NCBI GenBank assembly: GCA_963693365.1 | Contig: CAVNZM010000005.1 | Location: forward strand, 4,657,167 to 4,721,166 | Origin: Amoebidium appalachense | Taxonomy: Eukaryota > Protista > Ichthyosporea | DNA length: 64,000 bases | Direction of reading: 5' to 3' | Shown: in pieces, positions 49,988-61,822 of the stretch | How the letters are laid out: the number at the start of each line of letters is the position of its first letter | Numbering within the stretch: the first letter of the stretch is position 1 | The notes under the pieces: model-generated | What the model saw: the letters and a program-made list of their open reading frames with translations, nothing else | Databases searched by the model: none | What the model was told of the DNA's origin: nothing | Position numbers and translations under genes: made by a program

Positions 49988-52900
49988 CTGCCGCTCCCCG
50001 GGCTTTCCTCATGTCTAGCAACGACTGTGGCACCAACAAGGTGCTCCTCGACTCTGGAGCCACTGACCATGTGTGCCCCCGGCCCGATGTGCTCATCAAC
50101 ATGCGTGCGGCGCCTTACTCCACGGTCCAAGTAGCCGACAAGGGTGCATGTGCAGTGCTTGGGGTGGGCGACGTGTTCTTTTCCAGCACCATCGACGGCG
50201 TTACTGCGGTGCATCAGCTGACGGATGTACTCTACGTGCCCTCCATCCCCGACACTCTCATCAGTGTGTTCACGGCAACTACCAACGGTGTTTTACCCCG
50301 CTTTGACACCCGCGGCGGCGTTAAGTTGTGCTACGGCGATCAAATTCTGGCCACCGGCTCGGCTGTCGGCACCAAGCTGTACCACATGGCGGTGTCTCTT
50401 CTGCGCGCGGACACAACCCCGGACGCCCAAACCACCACTGCTCCGCGTATCCTCAAGGTTACTGCCGACCTCAACACGTGGCACTACCGTCTGGGCCATG
50501 CTGGCATTGACGCTGTACGCTCGGTCATCAAGTCTGCAGGCCTGTTGGTGGGTGGCGGTGCCAAGTCTCCGGGTGTGTGTGAGCCCTGTGCCCTCGGCAA
50601 AGCCCACCGTGTTGCCTTCTCCGAATCAACTAGCCAAGCTCCCCGGGTCCTAGCCAAGGTTCACAGCGACATCAGCGGCCCCTTCCCTCCCGCGATCGGT
50701 GGTGCTCAGTACTTGGCGACGTTCCACGACGAATTCACCGGCCACACCACGGCCGTGCCCCTCGTCAAAAAGTCGGACACACTGGCTGCATATGTGACGT
50801 ACCACAAGGCGGCGGTTACCCAACACGGTGTTCCCATGCAGGTGTTTCAGTCCGACGGGGGGGGCGAGTACATGGGCACGGCCTTCGGGGACTACAACCG
50901 TGAGCATGGCATTCGCCATCAGATCACTACCACCGGCTCTCCTCAACAGAATGGGACTGCCGAACGACTGAACCGGACCCTCCTCGACATGGTTCGGGCA
51001 CTCCTGCAGCAGTCCGGCCTTCCGGTGGGATTCTGGGCCGAGGCAGCTGTGACCGCGGCTTTTATACGCAACATGCTCCCGTCGCGAGCCACCGGCAGCC
51101 AATCGTCTCCCGCCCTGCTGTGGACCGGCATTCCTCCCGACTACAGCCGGCTCCGTGTCTGGGGCTCTCCCTGCTACGTCCATCAACAGGATACACCGAA
51201 ACTGGCGCCTCGTGCCGTCAAGGGCATCTTCGTGGGCTACCCTCCTAACATCAAGGGCTACAAGGTCTGGATTCCAGCAGCACACAAGATGACCGTCAGC
51301 CGTGACGTGCAGTTCGACGAGGCTGCTATTCTGCACCCCCTCCGTGATGTCCCATCTGATTGGTCGACCGCTCCGGCAATTCATCATTTTTTGGAGTCAT
51401 CTGATTCGTCAAATCAGCCAGCCAATCACATCGTCCGGAATGATCAGCAATCTGATTCGTCTCGTCTGTCAGCCAATGGGACAGCGCCGAGTGATCAATT
51501 GGACATTCCGATCCTGCCCGAGCCTGCACATCGGCTCCCCCGGACGACCCGTAGTGGCGCTGTGTACAACGACCAACGTCGAGGCCCGACTGCCAACGTG
51601 GCTGCTGCTACGGCCCCCCTTGCCCCCCAGGCTACGGCTCCTGCATCAACACCCATCAAGGCTTCCACCATTGTTGTCCCCAAGACTGTCCGGGCTGCAC
51701 TCAAGAGTCCCCAGCGTCTGAAATGGGAGGAGGCTGCACACCGTGAGCTCAAGGCCCTGGAAGACAACGGCACCTTCACCCTTGTGCCCCGTCCAGAGGA
51801 TGGCTCCACTGTCATTCCGGTCGGCTGGGTCTTTACGGTCAAGCAGGACAACGTCGGCAACGTCACTGCTTTCAAGGCCCGGCTTGTGGCCCGGGGCAAC
51901 TACCAGCAGCCTGGCCAGGACTATTTCGTCACCAAGTCACCTGTGGCTGCGCTGGCTACCATCCGGCTGGTTTTGGCTACCTCCGTGGCCCAAGGTCTGC
52001 CTCTGCGCCACATCGACGTCAACACAGCATTCCTCAACGGCACCGTCAACGAGACCATCTACATTGAGCAGCCCCCTGGCTTCGTCAACCCCTCGGCCCC
52101 CCATGCTGTCGGCTTGCTCCACAAGGCGCTCTACGGCCTAAAACAGGCACCGCGCCAGTGGTATGAGGCCCTCCGTGACCATCTCCTCGACCAAGGCTTC
52201 ATTGTGAGTGCTGCTGACCCGTGCCTGTTCATCAAGAATGCCGGGACCCCAACGTTTATTGCCCTTGCTGCCTACGTGGATGACTTCACCGTGACGGCCG
52301 CCACTGATGCGCTCATCGACGATTTTTTCACCAAGCTGGATGCTCGTTTCTCTGCCAAGGACCTGGGTCGTCCTACCCTGCTCATCGGGCACACTCTTAC
52401 CTGGCTGGAGGACGGGTCTCTGCGTCTGGGCCATCGTCAACACATCATCGACTTGGCTGCCCGTTTTCGTCTCACCCACATGTCCGGCACCAAGACCCCC
52501 ATCGTCCCGGGCCAGGCCAGTGAAAGCAACAAGACCCCAGCCTACAGCAAGAAGGAGGACTATGCCAGCCTGGTCGGTGCCCTGCTGTGGATTGCGCGTA
52601 CCACCCGCCCCGACATTTCCCAGGCTCTGGGAGTCCTTACTCGACACATTCATGCGCCCACCGTCACCCACTGGACTATGGCTACCAGAGTTGTAAGCTA
52701 CCTGCTGGCCACCATCGACCTGGGTATTGTCTACCGTCCCGGCCCCCCCAACCTTGTTGGCTACTCCGACTCCGACTACGCCGAGGACCGCGACACCCGG
52801 CGCTCCACCACGGGCTATGTCTTCTTCATCAACTCCTCCCCTGTGTCCTGGGTGTCTCGGCTCCAGTCCATCACCACCCACAGCTCCACTGAGGCTGAAT

Positions 52901-53228
52901 TTGTGGCCATGTCTGCTGCTACGAACGAGGCCCTATGGCTCAACTATGTGATGGACGACCTGGGCCTTAATCCTATCAATGAGCCCACCCCGGTGCCCAT
53001 CCATGGGGACAATGAGTCTGCCCGGGCCCTATGTTGCTGGACACCCTGGGGGTTAAGCCCAAGACCAAGCACATCGACGTCCGCTACTGCTCCGTCAAGG
53101 AACATCACCTGCTGGGCAACATCACTGTGGTCCCGGTGGCTTCTGCTGACAACAAGGCCGACATGTTCACCAAGGCCCTGTCTGCCTCTTTCTTCACCAA
53201 GGCCGTGGGGATGCTCAACATGTGCTGA
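49975..53228 (+). CDS. pol: Copia Pol (protease, GAG-pre-integrase, integrase, RT, RNase H) with a frameshift in RNase H at ~53030
   Basis: LLDSGATDH (protease), WHYRLGH...CEPC, HSDISGP/QSDGGGEY/PQQNGTAERLNRTL (integrase), FKARLVARG, LYGLKQAPRQW, YVDD (RT), GYSDSDYA, SSTEAEF and DNESA. TKHIDVRY...ADMFTKAL continues in another frame to TGA at 53228. Confidence 0.93.
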
Positions 53229-53401
53229 GCACCCGTCATCAACCAACTGCGCCCTCATACTTCAGGGGGGGGGAGAGAGTTGCATCCGACTGTGCAACTA
53301 CGTGTACCATACTAAAATTGAGTAGGGGAATCTTTATTGTCTGTATTTTGTGCACCTGAAGCACTCGAGCTCAGTTGCATTAATTCATACCACAATTATC
53401 C

Positions 53402-53414
53402 AATTGAGTAGGGG
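53402..53414 (+). promoter_or_regulatory. Polypurine tract before the 3' LTR
   Basis: AATTGAGTAGGGG directly abuts the 3' LTR. An identical copy lies at 53316-53328. Confidence 0.75.
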
Positions 53415-54180
53415 TGTTGGAGTACACTGGTACTCCCGGCTAGCAATGTCTGTTAGAGAAAGTTTCTGAGCAATTGAATAACTGTTTCAACACTCACTCG
53501 AGTGCATAGAGCTTTTGTTTACGGTCATATTCATATATGGTAGTTATATGTTTGAGCCAAAACTGTACCAATGACGAGCTTCACTAGCAACGTGCTAATT
53601 GTGCTCTCTTTTCGGCTATTCCCGGTTCAGATGATGTCATGTCTATATTTGCCACAGGATTCTATTCTTAGAGTGGTAGTGTGCTTTATTCCCGGATATT
53701 CTCAGAATATTTTTAGTTGTGTGAAGCAAGATTTACGTTTAACTGCAATTGGTGTGTTAAACACGTTTATTTGTGTGCTTTAGTGCAAGTTAACTAGCCA
53801 CTCAACGTGCACAGTTAACTTTTATATCTTTAACGACTTGTTTTCATTGTGCTCTCTTTTCGGCCATGCTGTACATGGCCCACCACCAGGGTGCACACGA
53901 GGCCACCATGAGGTGGCCAACGACTATATAAAGCAGTGCCTCCCATGTCACAAACATGGGAAGCAGAACGTTTGATTTACACTTTTCTACTGTCGTTTCC
54001 AGTGCACAAAACACATAGACTAGTTACCCATCATACACGACACTATGTCTGACAACTTACAGTTGCAGCAACTAGTCCAACTACTGGAGCAGAGGTTGGC
54101 CTCACAAGATGCAATCATTTCTGACTTACAGAAGGAACAACGTGCACTAGAACTAGCTTCTATGAACACAATGTCCAACA
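53415..54180 (+). repeat. 3' LTR (766 bp)
   Basis: Direct repeat of 48296-49061, followed by the TSD CCCCC. Confidence 0.97.
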
Positions 54181-54921
54181 CCCCCTCCCCCTCCCCCGCC
54201 CTCCCCCCTTCTCCCCTTTTCCCCCACACTCGCTTTCTCTCTGCCCTCGGTAAAAGAAGCGAGAGAGTGCTCCCTTCCTATTGCCAACCACCCTCTCGAT
54301 CGACTGCGGCATGCAGATGGTGCATTAGGCAAGGTGCAATCGTGTTTCAAGTTGCCTAAATACGAGTCCTGTTAATGTCGTGGTTCTTATGGTACTACAG
54401 TGAATGTAGCCCCCCCCCCGGCCCTGAGACTCCCCTTCTCTTCTTCTGCCCCCTCCCCTCTCCCCTCTCCCCCCACCCGCTCTCCCCTCCCCCCCTCCCT
54501 CCCCCCCCCCCCCCCCCCCCTCTACACACACACACGCCCCAGCCCTGCGGCCTCTACCCCACACCGCAGCGAAATCTGCAGGAGGGTGAACTATGTAGAC
54601 AGCGGCAAACACCTTTTTATCGTTTCCTACTATTCAGGGAACATCGAGCAGCCTGTGAATTCCTAGTGGTGATGCCAGGTCCTAATGGTCATGGAAGATC
54701 GCATGAATCCTAAATGCAAACCTCTCAGAGAGGCCTCCTTCTGTGGAGCTGAAACTGCACGCCTCATGTATAGAACAATTTAACAATAAAGACGCTGGGC
54801 CTACTGGCAACGCTCTCCATGCCCATGTTTTATAGGGCTTAGGGAACGTTAAGGGATGCAGAGGAAGGATAATACGGGGGGTGAGTTGGTGCAAGGATGC
54901 CACGTTAACGTTCATTGCACG

Positions 54922-55192
54922 TGCACCGGGTGGAGAGAGGGAGCATTAGCTGGTTGGATGCCAAGGGGGGAGAAAGGGTTCTTCGAGGAGAGGTGCGGGC
55001 GGGCGGGCGGGCGGGGCGGGCGGGCGGGGAGTGGGGAAGGGGGGGGGGGGGGGGGGGGGGGGGGATGCAGAAGAAGCTACTGCACCGGGTGGGGAGAGGC
55101 AGCTAGGGACGTCGCTGGTTGAATGTCAAGGGGGGAGAAAGGGTTCTTCGAGGAGTGGTGCGGGCGGGCGGGCGGGCGGGCGGGCGGGCGGG
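54922..55192. repeat. Two-copy ~160-bp imperfect tandem duplication with (GGGC)n tails
   Basis: TGCACCGGGTGG...CAAGGGGGGAGAAAGGGTTCTTCGAGGAG.GGTGCGGGCGGG at 54922 and 55081. Confidence 0.85.
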
Positions 55193-55194
55193 GA

Positions 55195-55265
<71 letters not shown>

Positions 55266-56524
55266 GTTATTATCGCGGGGCCCTACAGGCTTCGCAAACG
55301 TAAGACACGGCCCGGGTATACCGTTTGCCACACATGCATGGCAGTGTAGTTCACGCATGCGCAAACTTTGAGTTGACCTGTATAGATAGCCAGTAACATG
55401 CGCTTCTATTGTCACGCCCAGAAGGCAGTTTGTCCAAGGAATAAATATTTTCAAACCTTATCATACCTTGTCATTGGGACAAAACACATAAACCTGCAGC
55501 TTAATATAAACTCTTATTGTGAAACTAAATAATTATTTTTGAACTCAATAATTGTATGAAAATATTTATTCTGAGGTGGCCGCGTGTGGTGAATGTTGGA
55601 CTCTGTTTGTAGATCTATCCGACAGCCGCAAGATGAAATTTGATAACTCGTACGTGACATTGTGCAAATCATTAATTTGATTTATATATAAAATGTAATA
55701 ACGTTATTTGGTTCGTTTAAGGTCATGAACGTAGTCTTTTACGGTCTAGCTGAATCTGGAAAAATTACATCACAGATGAGGCAAAACCATTGGTGATCTT
55801 TCGACCTTAGAAACTTAAAACATAACTTAGTCACAAATATCTTTTAACAACTGTTTAAATCATGATAACTATTCACGTCTTTAGGGCTGTGATCAGGCGG
55901 AGCTTTTCCATTGGTTCCTTCGTATTCTGGCTCCTCTGGGTCTCTTGATTCACTTTTCTCTGTTTCGCGTTCCAAAAAGTTCAAGTCCTTTTTGTGTGAA
56001 TGCTCTCTCCCTCTTTCTCTATGTAAACATATGTATGCGCAAATAGATAACCGTAGAAGTTAGTTCAAAGGCTCGTAAGATAACATTAAGGTCTGTGCGT
56101 GCATTTCCACTTGTGCGCACATCTAGCAGCTAAGTGAGCAGAACACAACAGAACACAACTCGGTCTTGGATTAAATAAACCCTGTGGGTGTCATGGTGGC
56201 AAACATCCCTACTTTAGTTGCGTAAGTGTTCTACCATTATTAATTGGAGTTAAATTGACATTGTATTTGCGCACATTTGGCTCTTTTTTTTTTTTAACCC
56301 ATCTTTCCTAGGTAATGTTTCTAGCTGGACATGCATTCACTTTAGTGCTTATTCCACTCCACTCACTTTCTCTCAACTCGACTACCTCAAGGCCCACGCT
56401 TACCCAGTTACCTGTTATGGCTACTCTAGCGGATTTTCAGTAGCTAAAGCTTGGACGACAGCCATAGATCGTCATTGTATCAAGGTGCCAGCATGGCCTA
56501 ACCATCATCAGGAAGTTCTGCAGG

Positions 56525-57221
56525 ATGTCTTTGAACCTGCCTTCGAGAGGGTTCTGGCAGCGGCTAACCGTGCGATACCTGCAAAATACAAAAACAAGGA
56601 AGCCAGACTGTGTGGAAAACGGTGACCTTCCTCTTACAACTTTTGTCAGAAGCGATGCGGGCATATATGCGACACACACACGAACTGCCGCATCAGTAGT
56701 TTGTCCTGGAAACCAGTTGAATGATCTGTCGGAGTTTATGCCTGTTAGTCCACTTACTGCCAAGGTAGAGGATTATCATGTTCTGAAGGAGATCAACAAG
56801 GGGTCGTCGGCCAAGCTTTACTTGGGACAGCATGTGCCTTCTGGGAAACAGGTAGGGTTTTGTGCGAGTGTGTTGAGTGATGATCTCCTGTGATGATCTG
56901 GAAAGATTAGTTTGCGTTCTTCGCCTCGTATCGATTTTGTTGAAAATTAGGGGGGGGGGGGGGGGGTGGGGGGGGGGGGAGGGAGGGGAATAACCAAAGA
57001 ATTTGCTTCACTCACTGTGCTGATCTTTGAGTGACGCAATGCACGATTTCGTGATAATGTTGTTGCTGTTCGTTATTAACAAATGACCTTGAACAATAAC
57101 AAGAAAAAAAGAAGAACGAAGAAAAAATTCATGATGCCTCTGGCACTGTTCCTGTTTCTGTGTCCGTATGCACTCAGACAGCTCACCTTTTTTTGCAGTT
57201 TGGGCTAAAGCATGCATATCC

Positions 57222-57260
<39 letters not shown>

Positions 57261-57808
57261 CACACACACACACACAAGAAGAAGAAGGAAAAGAGGAAGA
57301 AGAAGAAAACGTCCATGGCTTATTACTTTTTATCCTTAGGTTGCACTCAAGCTGCAGCAGAAGCGAAAACGGGCAAGGTCGACGGTCAGCAAGGAGGTGT
57401 CTGTGTGCGCACAGCTCGACCACCCAAACATCATGCGCCTGCTGGCTGCCATTGAAATGCCCGACAAATACGTGCTGGTGCGTATTACCGACAAAGTGGA
57501 AGGAGGTGATGAGGGGGGCAAGAGAGAGAGTGTGTGTGCTTGTGTGTGTGAGAGTGCGTTTACTACACAATCAAGGATGTTTTATTGATGAAACTCCTGA
57601 GCAACTAATCAAATGGCTCCTCCCCACCTTGCTTTTCCATGCTCATGCCACGTTTTATATACCCATAGTGTTGTTGGTTGTGCCCTATCCCCCCCTCCCC
57701 CGCCCCTCCGACCAGCCCCCCACATTTGAGAATGGGCTCTGCTCATCATGCATACACTTTGTGGGTTTGCACTCTGCATTGTGTTGTCCGTTATTTATGT
57801 GTAGCGCA

Positions 57809-57842
<34 letters not shown>

Positions 57843-58261
57843 TTCCCGGGGGCCCTTCTCCTACATATCACCCTGCACCATCTTGTCCTGCTTTGGACCC
57901 TCTTTCCGTTCTGGTTTTTGGTGCTCATATCCCCCCCCCCCTCCCCCCCCCCCCCCCCCCCCCCCTGCGGCGCCCCTTCCCCCCCCCTCCCACACACACG
58001 CACACACACACACACCAAAAAAAAACAAAAAAAAAAACAGGTATGTGAGTACCTTGGAGGCTCGGACCTTCTTGACGTGGTGCGCAGGGAGAGCAAGGGC
58101 CTAAACGTGGACTTGGCCCTTCGCTATTTTTGGCAACTGGTATCCGCCTTAAGACACATGCACTCAAAGGGCCTCGTCCATAGGGATATCAAGGCTGAAA
58201 ACTGTGTTTTGGGTATGTATACCTCCCCCCCCCCCCCCCCCCACCACCACCACCACCACCA

Positions 58262-58336
<75 letters not shown>

Positions 58337-58399
58337 TAAAATAATAAAAGCCCACCACCGCCACCATCATTCTCCTCTCTCACTCTTCCAAACCTGTTT

Positions 58400-58435
<36 letters not shown>

Positions 58436-58521
58436 ACAATTATGCATACTGTTTGTGTGGATTGCACTGTGCATTGTGTTGTCTGTTATGAATATGCACT
58501 TCGTACTCTATAACACATTCT

Positions 58522-58592
<71 letters not shown>

Positions 58593-58661
58593 TATGAAAT
58601 GAAATGAAAAAGAAAAGAAAAAAAAAAAGAAAGAAAGGAAAGAAAAAGGAACAGCAAACCC

Positions 58662-58692
<31 letters not shown>

Positions 58693-59061
58693 AAAAAAAA
58701 AAAAGAAAAAGGAAAGGAAACCCCATCACCACCCGGCTTCCCTCTCCCCCTTCCTCTTCTGGTGGCTAGGAATCGCACATGGTCTTCATGTGTTCATGTT
58801 TTTTTATATTTGGCATGTCTGGTTTTTGCGCATACTTTGCAGTTGCACATAATCACATGTTGCCCCATCCTTTTGCACCACACATTCCTAACTGTTGTCT
58901 ATCTCCCTACAGACACGGACGGTGCCTGTGCCAAGTTTGTAGATTTTGGCACTTCGGAGGTCATTGTGCCCGGTGCAGTTTTTGCCCTGGCCGGCTCCAT
59001 CCCGTATATGGCACCGGTATGCCCCCCCCCTCCCCCCCCCCCCCCCCCTCCCCCCCCCTCT

Positions 59062-59109
<48 letters not shown>

Positions 59110-59294
59110 CACCCTGTTCGTTTTTGACGTTTTGGTCTGTGAAGTATTGCTTGGCTCTTCCTTGCAGATGTATTATCCCCTTACCCTCCCCTCCCCTCCC
59201 CCCCCCCCCCCCCCCCCCCCTTCCCCCCCAATCTCTCAAAAAAAACTCTCGCATTGTGTATGCCATACAAAAGCTGCCTTGTGTTGTAAGGTAG

Positions 59295-59347
<53 letters not shown>

Positions 59348-59744
59348 AATAAAAATTAAAAAAATAGAAAAAACCACCACCAACACAAACATCCCGCCAC
59401 AGGAGCTAGTGCGGTGCCTATCCCAGTATGACACGGACTACCGGAGCTCATGTTCCAGAATCGACTGGAAGGCAGCGGATGTTTGGTCTCTGGGCCTAGT
59501 AGGGGTGCTACTGTTTGCAGGCCGCCTCCCCTGGGCACGTGCCTGTCTGAGGTCCAGCAGGGAATACGCAAAGTATTGTGCGAGCGGATTGGAGCACGTG
59601 TTTTGGAGGAATGTGCCGGAAAAGGTTAGGAATATGGTCGTGTCGATGTTGCATCCGGAGCCGACGTTGCGACCGACAATTGATGAGGTGGCGGGAAAGT
59701 TGGAAAAATTACTGGAAATTCCCCAGGGTAGTGCTGATATATGA
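56525..59744 (+). CDS. Ser/Thr protein kinase, ~360 aa; exons 56525-56851, 57340-57477, 58041-58212, 58913-59016, 59403-59744
   Basis: VALK, helix-C KE, LDHPNI, HRDIKAEN, DFG, GSIPYMAPE, DVWSLG, GRLPW and P..RPT. The Gly loop is degenerate (INKGSSAKLY). GT-AG introns in phase. Confidence 0.92.
57727..57810 (+). repeat. Intronic poly-C-flanked repeat family copy
   Basis: TGAGAATGGGCTCTGCTCATCATGCATAC...TTGCACTCTGCATTGTGTTGTCCGTT aligns to the family. Confidence 0.8.
58438..58522 (+). repeat. Intronic poly-C-flanked repeat family copy (5' truncated)
   Basis: TATGCATACT...TTGCACTGTGCATTGTGTTGTCTGTT...ACTTCGTACT...CATTC between poly-C tracts. Confidence 0.75.
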
Positions 59745-60198
59745 AATTGGGGTTGATTGGCGAATGTATGAAGTTTTGGTGGTGAAGGAATGGAGCAAGG
59801 TCGGCCCTCAGCTGAGCTTTGGTTTGCGTGATAAGAGGATGTATTTGTTTGTTTATCGAGGCTTGGGAACATGGTGAAGTTACGTGTTTTTTTGTGCTAT
59901 GGGTTATAGGCTGTATGGATGTAGATTTGCAGTTATACCCCTAGGCGGTGTTTGACTTGTCTTTTCTGGCGGGATGATAGGAATGATAGCACCACTGAAC
60001 AGCACGTACGCCTTGAACTAGGCAGGGCACGCACAGAAACATGAGTGTTTATGAACCTGGAATGTTATCCACCACCACCCCCCCCTCCTCCTCTTTCTCT
60101 TTGTTTTATTGTGGTGGTTAAGATAAGCGCAGGTGCGCTTTGCACATACTTCACACACAGGTGAAAGCGCACCACTTGTACCTGTGCACTGTGTGACA

Positions 60199-60244
<46 letters not shown>

Positions 60245-61234
60245 AACACACCAATTCGTGACTCTTTTTATTGGACATAGAATGGCCGGCTTTGGTTACC
60301 GTTCACCTAGCAGACCTGTGTTTTCCTCAAAACACAGTCTAGGTCCTTTTGTTTCTGGATAACTATCCCTAGAGAAAACATAAAGTGCATAGCGACTGGT
60401 TGGCACGTTTTTAGTTCAAGCGTTTAGGCGGGTGGCTGTGCCCCCGCATCGTTGTAAACATAGTAAACCTCTGACGTGGCCCTTCATGAAAACTTCAAAT
60501 AATATATCAGCTCCGGCCGTATGTATTTTCTGTCACGGAGATGTGCATGCACAAACCATGTGTACCCGTGTCGAACAGATCCCCCTCTCCCCTTCGAATT
60601 TGGAACCGTGGCACTCTTTGCAATTGGGGAGGCACATGTCCTTACGGTTTGATGATCGATGGACTTGGTAGAGCACAGAAATGCTGCAGCTCTACATGAT
60701 GGTAACTTTTTTCTTTTTGTGTATGTTTCCACGTTTGCCACACTGCTAGCAGAAAATTTGTGGTGCACAAACCTATTCCTCCCCCCTCCCCCCCGCCCCC
60801 CCTCCCCCCCCCCCAACAACAGCAACAATCCCCGGCCCGCTCCCTGACAGGAGAGAGAGCCTCAAAGAGGGGAGAAAGAAGTTGGGGGTTGGGGGGGGGG
60901 GAGGGAGGAGGGGGGGGGGGGGGGGGGGGGAGAGAGAGGGGGGGGGGGGAAGAGGAGAGAGAGACCTAGAGAGGGCGCGAGAGAGTCTGAGAGCGTCGCT
61001 GCGAGAGAGACTGGACAGGGAGGGAGAGAGTCTCGAGAGAGAGAGAGAGAGAGAGAGAACGAGTCTAGAGAAAGAGAAAGGGAGAGAGAGTGAGTGAAAG
61101 AGCAAGGAAGTGAGGGAGAGAAGAGGAGAGGCAGAGCGAGCATTTAAGGTAGCTGGAATCATGGAATTGCGGCGATCGGTCTAGAGCTCCGGGCAGAACT
61201 CATATGAAAAACAGGGTCACATCGAGAGTCAAAA

Positions 61235-61533
61235 GGTAGCCTAATAATGCGATAGAGCCATTATCTTTGGATAACAATTATGTAAATAGTGTTTTCTAAA
61301 AACAGTTTGGTACAGAAAAAATATAACTCATTAGGTTCGGCGTCAGCGACTAAAAAACCAACTCACCAAAATCCGGTACATTTTTACATAGTACTTTTAA
61401 TAATGGAGATTGCGTATTATAAAAACTTTTTACTCAGTTGAGTTATAAAAATTCTGTACAGACAGTTTTATGTTCATACTATATACTTCTCATTCCCATG
61501 GTCAAACATGCTCTAGCGTAATATCAGGCTACC
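61235..61533. mobile_element. MITE with GG..CC termini and a 4-bp AAAA TSD (superfamily uncertain; Kolobok- or Sola-like), 299 bp
   Basis: 24-bp TIRs GGTAGCCTAATAATGCGATAGAGC vs reverse complement GGTAGCCTGATATTACGCTAGAGC (4 mismatches). AAAA on both flanks and an AT-rich interior. Confidence 0.75.
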
Positions 61534-61822
61534 AAAACAATAGTATACATTTAGCGCAATAAAAATGAAGCCTTGCCAAACCAGCAACTCATTATCGAAT
61601 GTGTAATTGAAGTTTGTGCTATTAAGGGATACGGGATCGGCGATTTTGAGTGGTCCCCGATTTCTTTCTGGCGCCGCCTTTTTTCCCCCTGATTACGTAA
61701 CGCGTTGCTACGCACCCACACCGTACAACGAGTTTTGTGTTCGCACGTTAACGCAGAGGGCGCACAACCCGAAAGAATTTTTTTCATGAAAAGAAACTAC
61801 TTTGAATACATGCACTTTTACC

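Larger units (their letters stand above)
48296..54180 (+). mobile_element. Full-length Ty1/Copia LTR retrotransposon, recent insertion
   Basis: Two 766-bp LTRs (TGTTGGA...TCCAACA), 5-bp TSD CCCCC, PBS, PPT, and domain order Gag-PR-IN-RT-RH. Confidence 0.98.

Noticed and set aside
50073-53258. Multiple alternative-frame and antisense ORFs inside pol
   Set aside because: Expected shadows of GC-rich coding sequence, with no motifs.
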